Below, one piece after another: positions 58,246 to 64,000 of a stretch of DNA of 64,000 bases (within the stretch, counting starts at the first letter, position 1; every line of letters starts with the position of its first letter). The translations under genes and the position numbers were made by a program. Source of the stretch: Candidatus Latescibacterota bacterium (GTDB taxonomy: Bacteria; Latescibacterota; UBA2968; UBA8231); assembly GCA_965261395.1 (NCBI GenBank), contig OZ253462.1, forward strand, positions 736,001-800,000, in the 5' to 3' direction. The notes beneath the pieces are model-generated. The model was not told the origin of the DNA. It searched no databases and saw only the letters and a program-made list of their open reading frames with translations.

Positions 58246-58331
58246 CGGCGGGCCTTTGCTAAGCGTATGGCGGGCATTAGATTGTGCCGCGCAAGGTAGT
58301 GAATCTGCTCTTGCCTTTCAAGGAGGAAAAC

Positions 58332-58985
58332 ATGGGATTTGAGGTTTACGATTGTCGCCGAGATATCCGCAATATTCTGGTGAGGCCGCAGATCCGCGCC
58401 CGCTTCTGCCGCTTAGAGCCAGGCTCGGGTTCGCTCGACGCTTGGCACACGCACGATCTGGGCGACGAGATCTTCATCATTTTGGCGGGTCGAGTGGAGT
58501 TCAAAATCAACGGCGAGGTGAAAGAAGTTGGACCGGGGCAAATGTGCTACGCCCGAACCGACGAGCCGCACTCGGTGCGAGTCATCGGCGACGAGCCGGT
58601 CTATATGTACCTCTCGGTGACGCCGCACATCCAGCCGACGCATACGTTTTACGACGAAAAGGGCGAGCGTCAGCGGCCCCACTTCAGGCCGTCGAGCGAT
58701 TACGATACCGCGACAGATTCGACCACGCCGGTGGCCGAGTTGATCGACAGCCACATCGATGCAGCGCGCGCCTTAGCGGCTCAAGCACAGGAGAGCATGC
58801 AAATCCAAGAGGAACGAGGCCGGGAACTCAAGCAGGCCCTAATGGCCGGCGATATGGAAGCGGCCAGCCGCGTGCGCGAGGCCATGTGGGCACCGCTTTT
58901 GCAACTCTTCAAGCAGACGAGCGAAGTAGCAGACGGCTGGAACGGACTAGCACCCCGGGCAGGGTCTGTCGATGCGGTGTACTGA
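58332..58985 (+). CDS. Cupin-domain protein
   Basis: WHTHDLGDEIF..G...PH cupin motifs; AGGAGG RBS. Confidence 0.85.
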   Translation: MGFEVYDCRRDIRNILVRPQIRARFCRLEPGSGSLDAWHTHDLGDEIFIILAGRVEFKINGEVKEVGPGQMCYARTDEPHSVRVIGDEPVYMYLSVTPHIQPTHTFYDEKGERQRPHFRPSSDYDTATDSTTPVAELIDSHIDAARALAAQAQESMQIQEERGRELKQALMAGDMEAASRVREAMWAPLLQLFKQTSEVADGWNGLAPRAGSVDAVY

Positions 58986-59004
58986 GCCGCCTCAAAACCA
59001 CCGC

Positions 59005-59730
59005 ATGAGCGAACGTGCCAATAGCCTTGGGCAACCGATCAGCTTCGCACTGCTAGGTTGGACGCCACCACCCACTCCGCCGAGAGAATGCATGGAAGGT
59101 CGCTTCTGTCGGTTGGAACCTCTTCAAGCTGATAGCCATCTTGACGACCTGTATCAGGCCAATGCCTTTGATGCGGAAGGCAAGAATTGGACCTACTTGG
59201 CATACGGCCCGTTCTCCGACAAAGACAGCTATCGGGCCTGGATGAACAAGACGTGCCTAGGCGACGATCCACTGTTCTTTGCTATCGTAGACAAGAGTGT
59301 TGAGTCAGCAGGTGGTGTCGCGAGCTATCTCAACATCGCACCTGCAAGCGGTGCTATTGAGGTGGGGCACATCCACTATTCCCCGCAGCTACAGCGAACG
59401 CCTTTGGCCACCGAGGCCATGTACCTCATGATGAAGCAGGCATTCGAATTGGGCTATCGACGCTATTCGTGGAAGTGCGACAGCCTAAACCAAGCATCGC
59501 GGGCGGCCGCCCAACGCCTGGGATTTTCGTTCGAGGGAATTTTTCGCCAAGCAACGGTCTATAACGGGCGCAATCGAGACACCGCCTGGTACGCAGCCAT
59601 TGATGCGGAGTGGCCGGAGCTGGAGCAAGCCTTCCTGACTTGGTTAGCCCCAGACAATTTTGACGACCAAGGCGAGCAGCGATTACGCCTCTCAGACCTC
59701 ACCCGGCCTATTCTTAAAAAGACACATTAA
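59005..59730 (+). CDS. RimJ/RimL-type GNAT acetyltransferase
   Basis: IEVGHI, LGYRR..WKCD.LN..S..AA.RLGF.FEG.FRQ, RNRDTAWY. Confidence 0.93.
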   Translation: MSERANSLGQPISFALLGWTPPPTPPRECMEGRFCRLEPLQADSHLDDLYQANAFDAEGKNWTYLAYGPFSDKDSYRAWMNKTCLGDDPLFFAIVDKSVESAGGVASYLNIAPASGAIEVGHIHYSPQLQRTPLATEAMYLMMKQAFELGYRRYSWKCDSLNQASRAAAQRLGFSFEGIFRQATVYNGRNRDTAWYAAIDAEWPELEQAFLTWLAPDNFDDQGEQRLRLSDLTRPILKKTH

Positions 59731-59892
59731 TCTAACGTCGCCCAGCCTTGCGACGAGAGCCCGGACGGCTGGGGCGAATGCTGGAGGACAGCTTTAACTA
59801 AGCGGGCATCGGCTGGCTGTGGCAGCGGCGTCCGCGTCGCCGAAGAGCGTCCCCGCGGCCATGGCGTCGGCATGGAAGCGACGGTGGACCGC

Positions 59893-60057
59893 TTCTTGGC
59901 CGGGCTAGCCCAATGGGGCAAAAGTTCGACCGGTTGGTTTTGCGGGTTCAAGCTGCATATAGTCTTCAATCTCATCGGGGGATTAATTGCCTATTGCCAC
60001 CAACCCTAAAAACCGAGGACCCACGCCAAGTAGAGGCCCCTTAACCCGAACTCATGT
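59893..60057 (+). mobile_element. IS982-family transposase remnant with right end
   Basis: GLAQWGKSSTGWFCGFKLH joined to GLIAYCHQP*KP; terminus ACCCGAACTCATGT. Confidence 0.75.
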
Positions 60058-60064
60058 TTTTTTA

Positions 60065-60110
60065 TAGTGAAATGGGACCCCAATTTGAGGTTTGAGGTCC
60101 CATTTCACTA
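60065..60110. terminator. 15-bp perfect hairpin downstream of the surface-protein gene
   Basis: TAGTGAAATGGGACC ... GGTCCCATTTCACTA; no canonical U-tract follows in either direction. Confidence 0.5.
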
Positions 60111-60131
60111 ACTCGCTGTGCAGTAGATGGT

Positions 60132-63100
60132 TTACTTGAGCAACAGCATCTTCTTGACTTCGTGGAACTCACCGCCTGCCTCCAAGCGGTAGAAGTACAT
60201 CCCCGACGCCAAGCTATGTCCGCTGCCGTTGGTCGCGTCCCACTCCACGACGTAGCGACCGGCGCTCTGATGCTCCGCAACCAGCGTCCGCACCGGCTGA
60301 CCCACTACATTGTAAACGGTCAGTTCCACGTCCGCCGCCTGCGGCAACGCATACTTGATCGTCGTCGCCGGGTTGAACGGGTTCGGATAGTTGTTGGCCA
60401 ACGCGAACGCTTCCGGCCGCGTCTGCAACTGCACCGGAGCCGGCAACACCAGACGGTTGAAGCCAAACTCGCTGTCATACGTCTGGCTGTCGGTGATCTC
60501 GATGACCGTGTTCTCGATCTCCGTCGTCGCGCGGAAGACCAAGCTCAGCGGCACTTCGCCTTCGGAGACCACGTCCCCGTGGGCGATCACCGTCAAGACA
60601 CCGGCTTCGTCAGAAAGCACCTGCGGCGTAGCGAACACGCTTCCACCTAGCGGCTGATCGGTCAGCACCTCGACGAACTCCAGCTTGTCAGTCTCATACT
60701 GCACCTGCAAGCCGTAGCCCTTCACCGCGACAAAGTCCGCCAAACGCACGTCGAGGACAAAGTCCTCACCCACGATGGGCATGGCTGTCCGCGCGTTCAG
60801 ATACATCCGCGCATCCGCATTCAGGCCAGCGAGCATGGGCACGCGCTTGCCAGCACCATTGAACGCGCCAAACAACGCGCCCAAGTCGCCGAAGTCCAGC
60901 ATCGGGTTGACCGTGATGGAGAAGGTCAATTCGGTGGTGGCACCTTCGCTGTCGGTCGCCGTGTAGGTGACCTCGACGGCTCCATCGGTGGCCGCTTCGG
61001 GCGTGCCCGAAAGCGTCCGCGTGGCCGGGTCAAACGACAGGCCCGCAGGCAACTCGGAGACGCTGTAGGCGACGTCGCCCGAACCACCCTCAGCTGCCGG
61101 CAGTTCAGCACTCATCTCCGCACCAGCGGTGCCTGCGAGGTCGTCGATCATGGTGCCCTCGGCAAACATAAGGGCCATCATCATGTCGTCTTCTTCCATC
61201 ATCTCGTAGTCGGCGATCGTGACGGTTCCCGTGCCGTCCGCCAAATCCTCGATCACACCATTCAGCGTGATCGTCTCGTTGCCCTCGTCCGCGCTGTCGG
61301 TGGTGGGATCGATGAGCAGAGCGATCGAACCCGAGACCTCGCCAGCCGGAATCGTGAGCAGCGGATTGAACAGCGCCGAGTAGTCCACATCGCGCGTGGC
61401 TTCCGAACCCGGATCAACCGACAGGGTGACCGTCGCGTCGGCGTCCAGCACCTTGCCGTCCAACGTCGCGGTGACCGTCACCGAGGTAACACCGGCGTTC
61501 TCGCTTACCGTGTGCGGGTCGGCCGACAGCGAGATGGACGTGCTAGCGGTTTCGTCGTCGGCGATCGTGATATCCGCCGAGTCCGAACCACCGGAGGCCG
61601 TGGCATGAACACCAAGGACCCTATTGCCGTCCGTATTCTCATTGTTGATGGGCGTGAGGGTCAGCGACGTGGTCGCTTCAGTCGCGCCAGCCGCAATGGC
61701 GACATTGCCATGTAGCTGCGCGGTAAAATCTACGTCGCGGACGGCTTGTATGCCTTCGCTGGGAGCACCAAGCGTGAACCGGATCGTCTCGGCCTCCGGA
61801 GCGGGTCCCGACAAGGTAGCCTTGACCGAGATGGACGCGGTCTCACCGCTTTCGCGGATCGACGTACGGCTCACACTCACGCTTTCGACCGAAACCGTAG
61901 GCGGCGCAGCAGCAACGATGTCGATGGTGAACTTCGTGGCCGCGCCACCTTCGCTGTCCAGTACCGTGTAAACGACTTCGGTCTCTCCGACCCCCGTCGG
62001 CGTACCCGAAATCGTTAGCTCGTCGGCGTCAAACTCCAAACCCGCCGGCAAGTTGTTCGAAACGCTATAGGTGCGGTCGCCTTCACCACCTTCAGCTTCC
62101 GGCAACTCTATGACCTCAATCGCCGTGCCAACCATGCCGTCATAGACCGTAGAAGCCAAGTCAACGTCGAATTTAAGCGCGCCCGGATCTTCCGCTTCCT
62201 CAGCCGCGTCCGCATCTTTCAGCACGATAGCGACGGCACGGACATAAACGGGATCAGCATCGATATTGGTCGTGAACGGATCATTTTTCACCGAACCGAT
62301 CCAGACCTTCTTATCTCCGCCAGCCTTTGCGGTGATGGTAACCGGAATCGAGCCACTGGTCTCACCGGCCAGAATCGTCAGCGAACGAAGGACGGCGGTG
62401 TATTCGGTATCGCGCGTCGCTGGCACATCGTAAGCGGCGTGACCTTCAGGGGGAGTAGCTCCTGCGACGACAACCAAGGTCACTTTCGTGTCCTCTTCAA
62501 AGACGTCGCCGTTTAGGGTTCCGGTTATCGTAACCTCCTGATCACCGGTCTCCGCCTTTATCTCTTTAAGATCGGCATCCAGGTCTATAGTGGTAGTAGC
62601 CGTCTCGTCGTCCGCGATCTTGATACCCGCGAACTTAGAAATCGTTCCTACCTTGGCCTCTACCCGGATAATCTTCGCAAGATCCTTCCCGCTGTTATCG
62701 AAGACGGTCAGATTGAGCGTCGTCGTCTCCTTTGTTGAGCCAGCCGGAATGACGAGATCGTCCACGGTCGCCGTGTAATCGGTTCCACGCGTCGCTTTCT
62801 GCGCATCGGCGGTGAAGGCATCAGGCAGGGAGGTGAGTTCGTCCCGAATAAAGAATCGCACCCGTGCGTCATCCGGTAGAGCGTTCTCCAACTCAATCTT
62901 CAGCTCGACCGACACCTCCCGCGACTCTGCCTCCTGCCCAACAAGGGACTCGCGGATTACGCTGGGCGTAGCCGTCAGGCCCTTAGTAGCAGCAATGGCG
63001 GTGCCCTTGATCTCGAAGTCAATGCCTTCAATCACTAGGAAGTGATGGAGCTTTTTTTCCGTCACTTCCTTTAGGAAACCATCTACCTTACTATCGCCGT

Positions 63101-63841
63101 CTAGGTCAAAACCCTCCGCCACGGAGATGGGTGAGGTTACTGAAGCTTCAGAATACGCCCAGTAACTGTCGCCATCCGGGTCCTCGAAGTCAGCATTAGC
63201 AGGCGCATCCGCACCATCGAGCGACTCTTCGAATGCCTGCTGATCGGCAAAATCATCACTGGTACCGTCGGGATCGTGGTCGGTTGGTTCTAATACTGTG
63301 ATTAGTATTGTTTCATCTGTGACGCCGCTTCCGCGCAAAGGAAAATTTAATGCTTTTACTGTAAGCCCGATTTCTACGCCTGGTGAACCAGGCGCTGCAG
63401 GTGGACCGGTAGTAGGATCACCTGTAGAGGCTGGCCATACATCCCTTGTATCGCCGTCTTGGTTTATGTCGGTACCGGAGACGGATAACGTCACCCGACT
63501 ACTTATCCCGATCCCGATATTACCAGTCCCAGCGTTCTTGGGAGTGATGTTAATCGTCGTACTCCCGTTCGGCTTTTTCCTCGGAATGGTCAGCGTGCTC
63601 AACTCTATATCGTAGTCCGCATCGCGTCCCGCCGCTGGTTTTGGATTTCCATCTTCATCCGTGCCAGGCGCGACTTGTCTCAACAGCAAAGACAGGGTCT
63701 GATCGTTTACCGGCGCTCCATCCAAACGTCCCGTCACCGTGACAGAGGTCTCCTCCGCCTCCTTGCTTATCTCGGCCGGATCAAGCCCGAGCTTGATCTT
63801 ATAGCTCGGCTTGTCGGTGTCGAGCATCGTAATATCAATCT
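60132..63841 (-). pseudogene. Large acidic surface protein (Calx-beta-like, putative Ig, cohesin-like, C-terminal FlgD/T9SS-A-like domain), 5' part cut off by IS30
   Basis: ATRDVDY..TIPAG repeats, LPAGLSFD..LSGTP twice, VKGYGLQVQY, NYPNPFNP..KKMLLLK; no signal peptide and the frame runs into an IS end. Confidence 0.8.
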
Positions 63842-64000
63842 TGAATTCAACTTGTAAGTGCAATCGCTTGGGTAGCTGGCATAGAAAAGGCCAACTGGTA
63901 TATTTTCCCTGGCCATTTCAAACGCAGCTCCCGACGGAGGCGCTTATGGGAACGTATCACCAGTTGACCGAGCATCAAAGATACCAAATTTACGCCCTGA
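63842..64000 (+). mobile_element. IS30-family element, left end and transposase start (ATG 63946, partial)
   Basis: TGAATTCAACTTGTAAGTGCAA IR-like end; GGAGG RBS; MGTYHQLTEHQRYQIYAL helix-turn-helix start. Confidence 0.85.

Noticed and set aside
190-59008. Many long overlapping or antisense ORFs (e.g. 1164-1958, 4420-5229, 13419-14189, 21172-22002, 49244-50197, 55189-56025)
   Set aside because: Arg/Pro/Ala-rich shadow frames of well-supported genes, expected at high GC
60860-60900. Similarity of DLGALFGAFN (surface protein) to DLAGLFSAFD (protease tails)
   Set aside because: Short, and the protease tail partly derives from an antisense relic; probably coincidence
63842-63863. Track start codon for the 1243-aa ORF
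   Set aside because: Lies inside the IS30 terminal repeat; no RBS or signal peptide

Overview
GC-rich bacterial window with about 50 genes and no rRNA, tRNA or CRISPR array. Eight PhyH-type Fe/2OG dioxygenases plus FlgD/T9SS-A-like, dockerin and cohesin surface proteins suggest a Latescibacterota/Gemmatimonadota-like organism, possibly a sponge symbiont (inference only). The backbone carries DNA-repair genes (tag, comM, EndoQ-UvrD fusion, recQ), oadGBA plus birA, rfbA, phoX, amtB, a transketolase-like cluster and many oxidoreductases. Most notable: (1) a lower-GC, coupled three-gene cassette (TIGR04255-like / acidic protein / putative ADP-ribosyltransferase-like toxin, 8786-10847), a candidate undescribed defence or toxin module; (2) two neighbouring integrase-less insertions, each bounded by a direct repeat that duplicates the 3' end of the upstream gene, one after phoX (two AT-rich membrane genes) and one after recQ (two diverged dockerin-bearing serine proteases around a DUF433/PIN toxin-antitoxin pair); (3) many genes collapsed by internal deletion, plus an amber-interrupted and an IS30-interrupted gene; (4) CCWGG depletion with CCAAG/CTTGG/CTAG excess in resident genes but not in apparently recent ones. 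All family calls come from motif recognition by eye; no searches were run.
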